Assembly (NCBI RefSeq): GCF_006345805.1
Contig: NC_042998.1
Span: forward strand, 166,594,001-166,658,000
Direction: 5' to 3'
DNA from: Octopus sinensis
Lineage: Eukaryota
DNA: 64,000 nucleotides
Positions 13,885 through 25,974 of this stretch are shown here, in pieces; within the stretch, counting starts at the first letter, position 1; each line of letters opens with the position of its first letter. The notes below the pieces were generated by a model that saw only the letters and a program-made list of their open reading frames with translations, ran no database searches and was not told where the DNA came from. A program made the position numbers and the translations under genes.

Positions 13885-14045
13885 CGGGCTTCTCTCAGTT
13901 TCCATCTACCAGATTCACTCACAAGGCTTTGGTTTACCAGGGTCTGTAGTAGAAGACACTTGCCCAAGGTGCCACGCAGTGGGACTGAACCCGGTTCTAT
14001 GTGTTTGGGAAGCAAGCTTCTTACCATACAATCATGCTCGCACCG
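13580..14045 (-). mobile_element. SINE family A, full length
   Basis: Reverse-complement tail, (TA)n, body and head. Confidence 0.85.
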
Positions 14046-14599
14046 AAGAAAGTTCATCTTTTTTTTTTTTTTGCAGTTTACACAAAATTAATTAAATTTG
14101 AAATGTCTGTGTCAGTTGGAGACTGTTTGTATACAGTTAAGCTGTTTTGTTTCTGCGGTTTGAATGTTCGTTGTCGTCGTCGTCGTCGTTGTTGTTGTTG
14201 TTGTTGTTGTTGATGATGATAATGATGATGTAGTTTAGACAGTTAAGAATTTGGCTGTAGTTGGGGATTTTATGCTTGTTGCTTTCATTGTATCCCCGTA
14301 ATATTTTTCAAGAGTACCGCATGAGATAAGGATGGTCATCAGGCAGGCCGAAGAACTAAGAAACTTTAAAGTAATTTTTTGTTAGTCTTGCCATTCAGAA
14401 AACTCTGCAGGCTGCAATCTGCCAATGGCTGCTAGCAATGCTAATTTTATTTCTCATACCTTTTATAATATTTACTGTAAAGCAGCACCTTCGTCTCTAT
14501 ACTCACTTTTCTCCTCAAGTGGGATTTGAAAAAGTTGACGAGGCCTTAATCTCAAAGGAAAAATTCTGTCTTCAAACATTTCAACCACTTCCACCATTC

Positions 14600-15200
14600 A
14601 ACTTTCTTCGTCGTTCCCAAAAAACAGGAAAACTATCCGCTTTTCCTTGCGAAGAAATCGATTCCAGACCACCGTTGCTAGCTTTTTATCTCCACTTACC
14701 ATTTATAGTATATGAGGGCTCTATTTTTCATCGAATACATTATCCACTTGATATAAGTCAATGAGCATCGAGCAACATTTGAGATGCTGAAGTTTCAACC
14801 TAAGTCTACATGTAATCAAAGAATCTACTTGTGGGGAAAATGCATCGGACGAGAGACGACCCCATCTGATTACCATATTCAATGTCAAAGAATCTCTGCA
14901 TGTGCTTCACCCTCGGCGTCTGTCTGTGTGTCATCCACAGCATTTCAAATCCTTTTCCTTTTAATTTTTCGCTGGCAGTAAATAGACAGCCTAACCAACA
15001 CGACCGATTCCACCCACAAGAACCGCAAAAGCATATTTCCAAACTAACAAGATATTTCCTAAGTCAATGTACGACTGTCAGATGGAAATAAACGACCGAA
15101 ACGATGATGATACTAACTTTATCCAACCGAACTTTTGAGGATAACTTCCCTTCAACCCATTTCTGAGTGCTCTAGTCATCCTGTTCATACTGACCAAGAC
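14600..15200 (-). mobile_element. Possible highly decayed reverse transcriptase remnant
   Basis: FFDIEYGNQMGSSLVR resembles RT motif B' (G..MGS.L.P); other motifs not clear. Confidence 0.3.
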
Positions 15201-15733
15201 GTTTTGTTGAAACCAAACCGAAAATATCTTCACTCCAGTCATCGAGAAAAGCCGCTACCTTGCATCTGACGCAGGGTTTGCCTTTCCACTTGTTGAGTTG
15301 CAAGTCCACTAACTTGTTCCAGTTCATTGATGTCCCTTACTGTTTGGCATTTTTCGCAATGGTACCGTCCATCTCTCTTTCTCACGAGTTCGTTACCATC
15401 ATGGTGATGGTGTTATTCAGAATAAATACGTTGTCTCTCGTCGTTTCTAACCCTGCAGCATAGAGGTAGCGATAAGCCATGCAGAAGAGACAATAGTAGC
15501 AACCATAGCAAATCGATTCCACGACGTAAAACGGTCCAGTGGTTGGTCATTTAGTTTGACCACTGAAATTATTCCTCAATCCAGCCTTTGAAATCGAGAC
15601 CGAAACTATATACATCCAGGACAATCACAGGACAGTGATCAATCTAAAGATGTCAAAACACTTTTAACGGATGTAAATTAACCAGTGCACAATCGGCGCC
15701 AGAGCTAGTGTCGACCTGTTCTACGTATAATGT

Positions 15734-16246
15734 ATGAACTGGAGGTTGTCGTAAATAACCTAACTGGGATCGTGCAAGTTTGCTCATCTCCGACTAAATT
15801 ACAAATAAAAATAAAGCTCTTCGCCAAAGCTTTTGCCAAATCTTTAACTCTGCCGTTTGTCACCATTCCTCGGTTTGCAGAACTTGGAATTCTTCTAGTT
15901 GACATGAACTGGAGGTTGTCGTAAATAACCTAACTGGGATCGTGCAAGTTTACTCATCTCCGACTAAATTACAAATAAAAATAAAGCTCTTGGCGAAAGC
16001 TTTTGCCAAATCTTTAATTCTGTCGTCTGTAACCATTCCTCGGTTTGCAGAACTTGGAATTCTTCTAGTTGACATGAACTGGAGGTTGTCGTAAATAACC
16101 TAACTGGGATCGTGCAAGTTTGCTCATCTCCGACTAAATTACGAATAAAAATAAAGCTCTTCGCCAAAGCTTTTGCCAAATCTTTAACTCTGCCGTTTGT
16201 CACCATTCCTCGGTTCGCAGAACTTGGAATTCTTCTAGTTGACATG
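15734..16246. repeat. Three tandem copies of a 170-bp complex unit
   Basis: ATGAACTGGAGGTTGTCGTAAATAACC starts at 15734, 15904 and 16074; few substitutions between units. Confidence 0.95.
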
Positions 16247-16449
16247 TAAGATACTACCAAACCAGTAGCAAGCAAATCTGGTATCTAACAGTAAATTTGA
16301 AAGGCAAACCATCCAGTTCTTGTGATTTGTCTGCCACAGACTAGCTCAACACGTATACAGCTTCATGTATGAAAACCAGTTTTGCGCAGCAGTCTACGTG
16401 TTCGGCCAATTGTCACAGCCGATTCTTTAGATTAGTATGTATTTATATT

Positions 16450-16612
16450 CTTTTCTATTCTAGGCACAAGGCCCGAAATTTTAGGGGAGAAGGCAGTCGA
16501 TTAGATCGACTACAGTACGCAACTGGTACTTAATTTATCGACTCCGAAAGGATGAAAGGCAAAGTCGACCTCGGCGGAATTTGAACTCAAAATGTAAAAA
16601 CAGACGAAATAC
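16450..16612 (-). mobile_element. SINE family B, 5'-truncated, alternative tail
   Basis: AGGCACAAGGCCCGAAATTTTAGGGG..GAAAGGATGAAAGGCAAAGTCGACCTCGGCGG. Confidence 0.8.
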
Positions 16613-17015
16613 TCTGAAAAGCTGCTGACACCTGCTTGAAAACAGATTGCACGCGTCCACTGCGTCCGCCAAAATTTCGTGTGTCTTTCGTACTTTTATG
16701 TTTTAGACAACGCCCTCAACGAATAGTTTATCCTTTACGTTTTGAGTCTAGAAATTAAGTCGCAAACTTTTCTCGTTGCACACGCCTCGTAAATGACGCT
16801 TTTCTGTTTTATTTCTTTCTTTCTTTCTTTTTTTTTTTAAATATTATTTACTCTTCTCTACTGCTATGTCTAATTGCCGAAACTGACCGATTCTGCTCTC
16901 AAATTTTCATTTTTACTGATAACCACCACCGGTTACTATAATTGTGCTTATCGATTACAGCCTAACCAATTTGTTAATCCATTCCCTGAAAATTACATTC
17001 AATTTCCAGTACCTG

Positions 17016-17016
<1 letters not shown>

Positions 17017-17071
<55 letters not shown>

Positions 17072-17395
17072 TAATAATAATAATGATAATAATAATAATA
17101 ATAATAATAAGAAGAAGAAGAAGAAGAAGAAGGCGGATGAGGAGGAGGAGGGGAAGGAGGGGAGGGTGGTTGTGGTGGAGGAGGATGGGTGGGAGGTGGT
17201 GGTGGTGGAGGAGGATGGGTGGGAGGTGGTGGTGGTGGAGGAGGAGGAGGAGGTTGTGGAGGAAAAGGAGGTGGTGGTGGAGGAGGAGGAGGACGTGGAG
17301 GAGGAGGTGTGGTGGAGGAGGTGGATGGGAGGTGGTGGTGGTGGCGGTGGTTGCGGTGGCAGTAGTGGAGGAGGAGGAGGAGGAAGGAGAGGAAC
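17017..17395. repeat. Compound trinucleotide low-complexity tract (TAA)n-(GAA)n-(GAG/GTG)n
   Basis: Directly visible. Confidence 0.9.
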
Positions 17396-18245
17396 GTTGA
17401 CATAAGATGAAACTAGAACAGTAAGAATCAAAGGAATATGAGAAGAAGAAGAAGAAAGATAGCAAAGGAAACGGCAAAAGTGCAAAAGAAAGAAATTGCA
17501 GTTTGATAAATAAAAATGTAATGAAAAGAGGGTTAACTGGGGGGGGGAGGGTCTAACGAAAGAGCGAAACTAAAAGTGAGAGAAGCAGAGAAGAAATTAC
17601 AGAAAGAAAAAAAAACAATAAAGGAACAAGTAAAGAAGTTTGCATGCAATACATGCAGAATTCTTTATTTTATAACATTCTTTGGTAGTGTCGACAATCA
17701 GGCGATTCCAGTGTTGCAGAAAATGGGCGGGACACAAAATTTTATTTCTTTGTTGGGACCGTTTGATTGACAGCTACTGTGAACGTCTGTAATGTATGCG
17801 TCAAACCCTCTTTGTTGTGTTGACATTTTTTTTTTAACAATTTGAGATTTACTGACACTGTGAGGACCGTATTGCTCGCCATGTGCTTGAAATTTACTCG
17901 GGGAGAGGGGTTTGTCAGCGGCAGAGGGTGGTGCTACAAAAACTTGATTCAATGAGCGGGTCTATATCAAAGTGTTTATGCGCGCGAGCGTGTGTGTGTG
18001 TGCGTGTGTGGAAGGTGCATTCGTCGTAAGAGAAAGATAGAGAGTGGAAAGAAAGAGAAAAGAGAGGTGTGCTTTAGCGTCAGTGTGCAAAGAAGGGGAG
18101 TAGAAAGAGAAGAAACAGTGTCTATATGCATCTGTATATGTTTATGCATTATATCTATATGTTTATGTACCGTATGAATGTCTATGTACGTGCGTGTTTG
18201 TGTCCATATATGTTTGACGTATTTGTGAGGGAATGTTTGCGTGTG

Positions 18246-18320
<75 letters not shown>

Positions 18321-18902
18321 ATGTGTGTGTATGTGTGTGCGTATATATGTATCTGTGTTACGTGAAATGCCTCTGGTTCTGGTTCTGGTTATCATTACTA
18401 AGTAATGTTTTTTGGCGTGTAAATATAATTTAAGCTTTTGGTCTTTAATTAATGAATTGGCTAAGTTATCTTAGCTTAATTAATATTTTCATTAGTAGTT
18501 GTGGAGGGTGTTATTGCTTTTTGGATGGCAACGGGAAGGTTAAAAAGAAAAAAACCAGAAACCCATTAACCTAATTCTTACGGATTAGTTACGTGGAGGA
18601 TTAATGGAAAGAGATAAAGTAGTTTGAAACGCTGAGTAAACTTTTTTCCTGGCATCGCAATATATAAATATACTGGGGAAATTGAAAACACAAACTGGGT
18701 CAGTCCGTTATGATGTTGTTTAACAACACCGACGAAGACACAGAATATAAACTTGTTGTTGTTGTTGTTGTTGTTGTTGTTGCTGCTGTTTTTAGTTTAA
18801 ACTTACAAAATTACATATTCTTTCTGCAAAAATCTTATTTCATTTTATGGTTTTAGTCTGGAAGAAAACCTAGCACCTATGATATTCGTAGACCATCCAA
18901 AA

Positions 18903-19320
18903 GGCGGGCGAGCTGGCAGAACCGTTAAGCACGCCGGGCGAAATGCTTAGCCGTATTTCGTCTGCCGTTACGTTCTGAGTTCAAATTCCGCCGAGGTCGA
19001 CTTTGCCTTTCATCCTTTCGGGGTCGATAAATTAAGTACCAGTCACGCACTGGGGTCGATGTAATCGACTTAATACCTATGTCTGTCCTTGTTTGTCCCC
19101 TCTGTGTTTAGCCCCTTGTGGGTAAAAAAGAAATACGTATTTCGTCTGCCGTTACGTTCTGAGTTCAAATTCCGCCGAGGTCGACTTTGCCTTTCATCCT
19201 TTCGGGTCGATAAATTAAGTACCAGTTACGCACTGGGGTCGATGTAATCGACTTAATCCGTTTGTCTATCCTTGTTTGTCCCCTCTATGTTTAGCCTCTT
19301 GTCGGTAATAAAGAAACAGA
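18903..19320 (+). mobile_element. SINE family B partial dimer with 17-bp TSD
   Basis: Full copy 18903-19135 followed by a head-less copy 19137-19317; ATTCGTAGACCATCCAA at 18884-18900 and 19326-19342. Confidence 0.9.
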
Positions 19321-19379
19321 TTTTCATTCGTAGACCATCCAAGACTCCTGAATGAGATCAATATGGTGTGTCTTCTGCT

Positions 19380-19815
19380 TGGATGTGGCCCTGTGTAAGG
19401 AGCTTGCTTCCCAATAACATGATTGAGACAGAGTTCAATCCTACCACTTGGCACCTTGGGCAACTATTTTCTACTATAGCTCCAAGCTGACAAAAGTCTT
19501 GTGAGAGGCTTTGGTAGAAGGAAACTAAAAGAATTACACGCGTGTGTACGTGCATGTGTGTGTGAGTGCGTTTGTGTGTATGTGTGTGTGTATCTTTGTG
19601 TTTATTCTCTCATCCGCACCGCTTGACAACCGGTGTTGCTTTATTTACATCCCCTGTAATCTAGCCGTTGGACACAAAGAGACCAATATGATAAGTATCA
19701 GACTTCTAAAAAATAGTACTGGGGTTGCTTTGTCGACTAAACCCTTAAAGGCTGTGCTCCAGCATGGCCGCAGTCTAATGATTGAAACAGCCAAAAGATT
19801 AAAGACAAAAATAAA
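19380..19815 (+). mobile_element. SINE family A, diverged full-length copy
   Basis: Head, CCTTGGGCAA body, (TG)n and tail all recognisable. Confidence 0.8.
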
Positions 19816-20261
19816 TAGAAAATCTGGGCAGAGAGAGAATTCTGTTAAGATGACTCTCTTGGGTGCAAGAATTAGAGAACAAATGATATTTCTATTTATT
19901 TATTTAATTATTTATCTTTCATTTTCTTTCCAGATATATTATCGAAATCGTAAATGTCTGCCTTTGCTCTGTTTAACTGATAACAATTATCAATCGATGC
20001 CATTTCGTTCAACAGACAATGTCTTTTCTTCATTATGAAGTTTCTTCGACTATTGATTTAGAACAATGTAAAGGTTAAGGGTTCTAATATATGACAGTTG
20101 TTTCAACCAGGGTCCATGTAACGCTAAGGCATCCCTATAACATTTTGTTAAAATATATGTGCAAGTAATTGGTTATACTTCAACAATACACAAAATATCT
20201 TAATTATTTTATACGGTTCTTAACGATAATTATAAAAATTTGATAGAATTTTTTTAAACAT

Positions 20262-20590
20262 GTGGCTGTGTAGTAAGAAGCTTGCTTCCCAACTACAAAG
20301 TTCCGTGTTCATTCCCACTACGTGGTACCTTGGGCAAGTATCTTCTACTATAGCCTCGAGCCGACCAAAGCCATGTGAGTGGATTTGGTAGGCAGAAACT
20401 GAAAGAAGCCTGTCATATATATGTGGCGGGGGGCTCTTTGTGTGTATCTAGGTTTGCGCTTGTCTCTGTGTTCCTACCCGCACAATTGCTTGACAACCGA
20501 TGTTTGCGTGCTTACGTCCCTGTAACGCACAATATGTACTCGGCTTACAAAAATAAGTCCTGAGGTCGATTTCTTCGACTAAAACCCTTT
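20262..20590 (+). mobile_element. SINE family A, 3'-deleted
   Basis: GTGGCTGTGTAGTAAGAAGCTTGCTTCCCAAC head and body. Confidence 0.8.
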
Positions 20591-20810
20591 AATTAACAGA
20601 ATAACAACAAAATTTAAAAGGCTATGAGGATCCATCCAAGTAAAACAGTAAGCAAAAGGGTTATTAAGTAAAAAAAAGTATGGAGGGCGGGGTGAGAACC
20701 ACTTGTGTGTAAGGAGTGTAAAACTAAGAGATGGCGATTACCTCTGAATGATTTTAATTTCAAATTTGGGTCACCGCCAACTTTAACTATTTCCCATGAC
20801 ACTTATAGGC

Positions 20811-21341
20811 TACTCTTTTACTCTCTCTTTTACTATTTTACTTGTTTCAGTCATTTGACTGCGGCCATGCTGGAGCACCGCCTTTAGTCGAGCAACTCGA
20901 CCCCGGGACTTATTCTTTTTGTAAGCCCAGTACTTATTCTATCGGTCTCTTTTTGCCGAACCGCTAAGTGACGGGGACGTAAACACACCAGCATCGGTTG
21001 TCAAGCAATGCTAGGGGAACAAACACAGACACACAAACACACACACATACATATATAAATATATGTACATATATACGACAGGCTTCTTTCAGTTTCCGTC
21101 TACCAAATCCACTCACAAGGCATTGGTCGGCCCAGGGCTATAGCAGAAGACACTTGCCCAAGATGCCACGCAGTGGGATTGAACCCGGAACCATGTGGTT
21201 GGTTAGCAAGCTACTCACAGGGTTTTGATCTGCCCGAGGCTATAGTAGAAGACATTTGCCCAAGGTGCCACGCAGTGGGACTGAAATCTGACTGGCATAT
21301 TGTTGGGAAGCAAACTTCTTTCCACACAGCGACACTGCGCC
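20811..21341 (-). mobile_element. SINE family A with duplicated head/body segment
   Basis: Near-identical to 57067 in reverse; segment GCTATAG..GCCACGCAGTGGGA occurs twice (about 21137 and 21238). Confidence 0.87.
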
Positions 21342-21379
21342 GATGATATTTGATAATTAGGCAATAAGAATTCTTGATA

Positions 21380-22667
21380 TACGAGGGACGTTCATTAAGT
21401 AATGCCCCTGACCCACTTGGAGTTGTTTGATCTAGCTGAAATTTTGCATGTGCAATTATTTATATCTCTATAGATTAAGTGGCAAATTACAGCTCTGAAC
21501 TAATTGCGGTTTCTGATTTACAGGTGTTTGAACTGAGTCAAGTGTGAAATGGAACCTGTTGAGTGTCGAGCAGTGATCCGGTTTTTGTATTTGAAAGGAC
21601 GCACAGCACGGGAGACTTTTGATGAAATGAAAGTAACTTATGGTGAGGATGCCCCATCATATAACCTTGTAAAACGCTGGCATCGTGAATTCAAACATGG
21701 TCGGAACTCTGTGGAAACAGCTCCCAGATCTGGTCGCCCCCTTCTGCCATTCATGAGGCATCTGTCCGTCAAGTTGAGGCTGCCATTTTGGAAGATCGAC
21801 GCATAACAATTCGCCATCAGGTCAAGATTAGTACCGGGTCTGTGGAAACTATCATTCATGACCATTTGCATATGCAAAAGGTGTCTGCCAGATGGATTTC
21901 CAGGTTGCTCACACCTTTCCAGAAGCAAGAACGCGTCGAGTGCTCGAGGATGAATTTGGAGATGTGCCAAGAAGATGAGTCAAAATTTTTCAAAAGACTG
22001 ATTACACTGGATGAAACCTAGGTCCATCACCATGATCCAGAGACCAAAGCCCAGTCAATGCAGTGGAAGCACCGTGACTCACCTCCTCCAAAGGAGGCAA
22101 GGGTGCAGCCCTTCGCTGGCAAGGTCATGCTCACAGTCTTCTGGGACCAGGACAGAGTAGTGATGACAGATTTCCTGGCAAAGGGTACCACAATTACAGG
22201 AGCCTATTATGCTTCACTTTTGAGGAAATTAAGAGAAGCTATCAAAATCAAGAGGCGGGGCAAGATCAGCAAAGGCATCCTCCTCCTGCAGGACAACGCT
22301 ACGGTCCACAACTCGCGTGTCGCCAGATCAGAAGCACAGGCGTGCGGCTATGAACTCCTCCCCCATTCCCCTCTACTCTCCTGACCTTGCACCCTCTGAT
22401 TTTCACATCTTTCCATCCATGAAGTTGTTTTTGAAAGGAAAGCGTTTCCCAGATTGTGCAGCCTTGATTTCTGAAGTCACGTCGTGGTTGGAGGACCAAG
22501 CTGGGGTCTTCTACAAAAACGGTTTCCAGAGCTGCATCAAACGAGGGGAGAAATGCGTAACTCTGGGTGGTTCCTATGTAGAAAAAGACTAATAACTGTG
22601 CCAAGTTTCGTTGCTCTACTGCTATGGGAAGTGGGTCAGGGACATTACTTATTGAACGCCCCTCGTA
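21380..22667 (+). mobile_element. Full-length mariner transposon (irritans/Hsmar2-like ends), inactive
   Basis: TIRs TACGAGGGACGTTCATTAAGTAATGCCCCTGACCCACTT and AAGTGGGTCAGGGACATTACTTATTGAACGCCCCTCGTA; TA termini; about 1.29 kb. Confidence 0.95.
21549..22592 (+). pseudogene. Mariner transposase with frameshifts and a stop codon
   Basis: RAVIRFLYLKG, SARWISRLLT, LITLDET, LLQDNA, YSPDLAPSDFHIF, KCVTLGGSYVEKD spread over four ORF pieces. Confidence 0.93.
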
Positions 22668-22714
22668 AGTGGAGACCACGTTTTTAACTTGAAAATTCTG
22701 TCAGTCGGAAAAGT

Positions 22715-23121
22715 TACTCTCTTACTCTTTTTATTCTTTTACTTGTTTCAGTCATTTGACTGTGGCCATGCTGGGGCACCGCCTTTAGTCGAGCACATCG
22801 ACCCCAGGATTTATTCTTTGTAAGCCTAGTACTTATTCTATCGGTCTCTTTTGCCGAACCGTTAAGTTACGGAGACGTAAACACACCAGCATCGGTTCTC
22901 AAGCGATGTTAGCGGGACAAACACACAAACATATACACGCACATACATATACATATATACGACGGGCTTCTTTCAGTTTCCGCATACCAAATCCACTCAC
23001 AAGGCATTGGTCGGCCTGAGGCTATAGTAGAAGGCACTTGCCCAAGGTGCCACGCAGTGGGACTGAACCCGGAAGCATGTAGTTCGTAAGCAAGCTACTT
23101 ACCACACAGCCACTCCTACGC
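22715..23121 (-). mobile_element. SINE family A, full length
   Basis: Reverse-complement match to 57067-57472. Confidence 0.88.
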
Positions 23122-23147
23122 TAATCAATATTTCAAAAGGAATATAG

Positions 23148-23365
23148 GATGGCGAGCTTGCAGAACCTTTAGCACACCGGGTAAAATGTTTAACGATATT
23201 TTGTCCACTTTTACGTTCTGATTTCAAATTCCACCGACGTTGACTTTGCTTTTCATTCTTTCGGGGTCGATAAAATAAGTACCAGTTTAGTCCTAGAGTC
23301 GATGTAATCGACTTAAACCCTCTCACTAAATTGTTGGCTTTGTGCCAAAAGTTGAAATCAGTATT
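23148..23365 (+). mobile_element. SINE family B (alternative tail)
   Basis: GGCGAGCTTGCAGAAC head, TTTCGGGGTCGATAAAATAAGTACCAG core, CTTTGTGCCAAAA tail. Confidence 0.8.
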
Positions 23366-23396
23366 TCAAATGAGGAGCTGAGGCAGAATGTTAAAT

Positions 23397-23559
23397 AGGC
23401 GTGGGTCTGTGGTAAGAAGCTTGCTTACCAACCACAAGGTTCTGAGTTCAGTCCCACTGCGCGGCACCTCGGACGACTGTCTTCTACTATAGCCTCGGGC
23501 CGTTAAAAACCTTGTGAGTGGATCTTGTAGACGGAAACTGAGAGAACCCTGTCATGTGT

Positions 23560-23622
<63 letters not shown>

Positions 23623-23860
23623 ATGCGTGCGTGTGTGTGTATGTCTTTGTGTCTATGTTTGTCCCACCACCATCGCTTGACAACTGATGTTGGTGTGTTT
23701 ACTTCCCCGTAATTTAGCAGTTCGGCAAAAAAGACCGATAGAATAAGTACTATGATGAAGAATAAGTTCTGAGGTCGATTTCTTCGACTCAGAAACCCTT
23801 CAAAGCAGTGCTGTAGCATGACCGCAGTCACATGACTGCAACAAGTGAAAGAATAAAAGA
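23397..23860 (+). mobile_element. SINE family A, full length
   Basis: Head, body, (TG)n, tail. Confidence 0.85.
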
Positions 23861-24205
23861 AAGCCGCTAACACTCTTTTACTGTCTGGTAGACTGTAAAA
23901 ACAAAATTGGAAATTAATTCTACTAATTATGATAATCACCCGTGTTGCTGTTACATGGCACGAAGTATTACTCAATTTGGTGGCAGCTGAGAGAGATGAT
24001 AAGATAAGCCTAACAAAAACATGTTGCAGTAAAAGCACCGAAAACCTTGTCAATTATTTAGTACATCAGCTGCATACTTCAGTAAATTGTACTTATCAAT
24101 TTGTTCCTTTCGGTCATTAAGAGTTAAATATCGCTTGCATATTTGCGTAGTTCCTAACAGACACAAGCAAATCGGTCAATAGGTGAAGCTTATTACATTT
24201 AACTA

Positions 24206-24730
24206 TTACGAGGTGCATTCCAGATGTTTTGAGACATTTTTTTTTTTTTTTACGAAAGACAGTTATAGCTACTGTGTATACTCGGATGTAAGTCGCACTT
24301 TTTTCCCTGAAATTTTCACCGACTGATAACCGCATCTTACTGTTGTATTTCTATAAAGACAATAACTACACAATTTCGAGTTGGTATGACTAATATACAC
24401 AGAATTATTCCATGAAGATGTGAACATGCGCAAGATTTGTGCAAAATTTGTTTCTAGGGTGCTCAGTGACGAGCATTCTGGCAACCAACTACTTGATAGA
24501 AATAGGCATTAAAACTGTCCCTGGACTATAGTCCAGACCTTTCTCCCTGTGACTTTTGGCAGTTTCCAAAGCTGAAAGAGAACCTCGGGCATAGTCATTT
24601 TGAAAATGATTGGGACTGTGACAAGCTTCCTGGTCACCTTCACTTTGAAGAACTTCCATGGGGGGGGGGCTTCACAAAGTCGGTGGAGCGCTGCAACAAT
24701 TGGCATTCGTGTGCAGAGGAATGCTGCTCA
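24206..24730 (+). mobile_element. Internally deleted, decayed mariner element
   Basis: TACGAGG.. left end; NMRKICAKFVSRVLSDE near 24420-24470; YSPDLSPCDFWQFPKLK near 24528-24578. Confidence 0.75.
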
Positions 24731-24863
24731 AATTTTTCACTGGTGGTTATCAGCTCTTCAACAATAATAATGCCAAGACGATTGAGCCACGTCATTAACA
24801 ACCACCTTATTTTTATATATATGGTCATCACAATCCCCCTCCTCCTCCTCCTCCTCCTCCTCC

Positions 24864-24910
<47 letters not shown>

Positions 24911-25699
24911 GTCGTCGTCGTCTTCATTGCTACCATTAGCGCCATGCTCATCATCGTCGCCATTATCGAGAACAAAGATAAAGTACATTCCTACATTCAT
25001 TATTATTGTATTGCTTTTGTCGGTCGTCGAGAATGGAATAAACGTCACGGCATCCTATTAGCGTTCTTTGTAAATCTAAGGCTTAAAAGAGATAAAATAA
25101 ATTTCTGCAACGTTTATATGGTTGAACGAAGTTTAGTTGAGCGGAACTTTAGTTTGACTTACAAAAGATTTACCATTTCCAGATATGACATGAACGGCTT
25201 GTTAATAGAGAATATATGATAATTGATAAAGATTGTAACAGACTAAATTCTTTTCCGCTTAGAGGTTATAATCGTAAATGTCAGCAAAGTAATGGCTCTG
25301 TTATATATTTTTTTTCATACTGTAAGTTGTAGTTGTTGTTGTTCATACTGTTATTGTCATTTTCCATACTATGCTCCACTGCACAGGAAGAGTTGTCACA
25401 AAACTATTTCCCGAGCACAAAACTTCTCTCCTCTTTTCTTTTTCGTTTCCTTTTCTCTGAACTGTTTGAGAGCTTTTGACACGCTTTCTGGCGCCTAAAT
25501 AATACTTCCTCTTCTATCTCGTGTGCTATACAACAAGTTACAATAGATTCATAATAATATATTTTGTGTTTCTACGAAGATTCTAAATCTTTTCCAGTAC
25601 TTCTACTTTTCCCCGTCTTTTAATTTCTATTGGTATTGTTAATGTTCACATTTTAGAAACTTGCAATCTTAAAATATGCGGAAATACTTTGGATGTCTT

Positions 25700-25875
25700 T
25701 TATCTTTTACCGTTACTTGTTTCAGTCATTAGACTGCGGCCATGCTGGGGCAACGCTTTGAAAAAGTTTTAGTCGAATTTATTCTATCGGTCTCTTTTGC
25801 CGAACCACCAAGTTACGGTGACGTAAACACACCAAAACCGACGACTGTCAAGCGATAGCGGGGGATAACCTCAGA
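25700..25875 (-). mobile_element. SINE family A tail
   Basis: TTGTTTCAGTCATTAGACTGCGGCCATGCTGGGGC.. Confidence 0.75.
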
Positions 25876-25902
25876 TACAAACATACACACACACAAACAC
25901 AA

Positions 25903-25959
<57 letters not shown>

Positions 25960-25974
25960 CACACATATGTATAT

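Noticed and set aside
16944-17485. Poly-N/K/E or proline-rich protein ORFs
   Set aside because: Compound trinucleotide repeats open in many frames on both strands; no domain or splice support (likewise 32675-33364 and 57754-58725)
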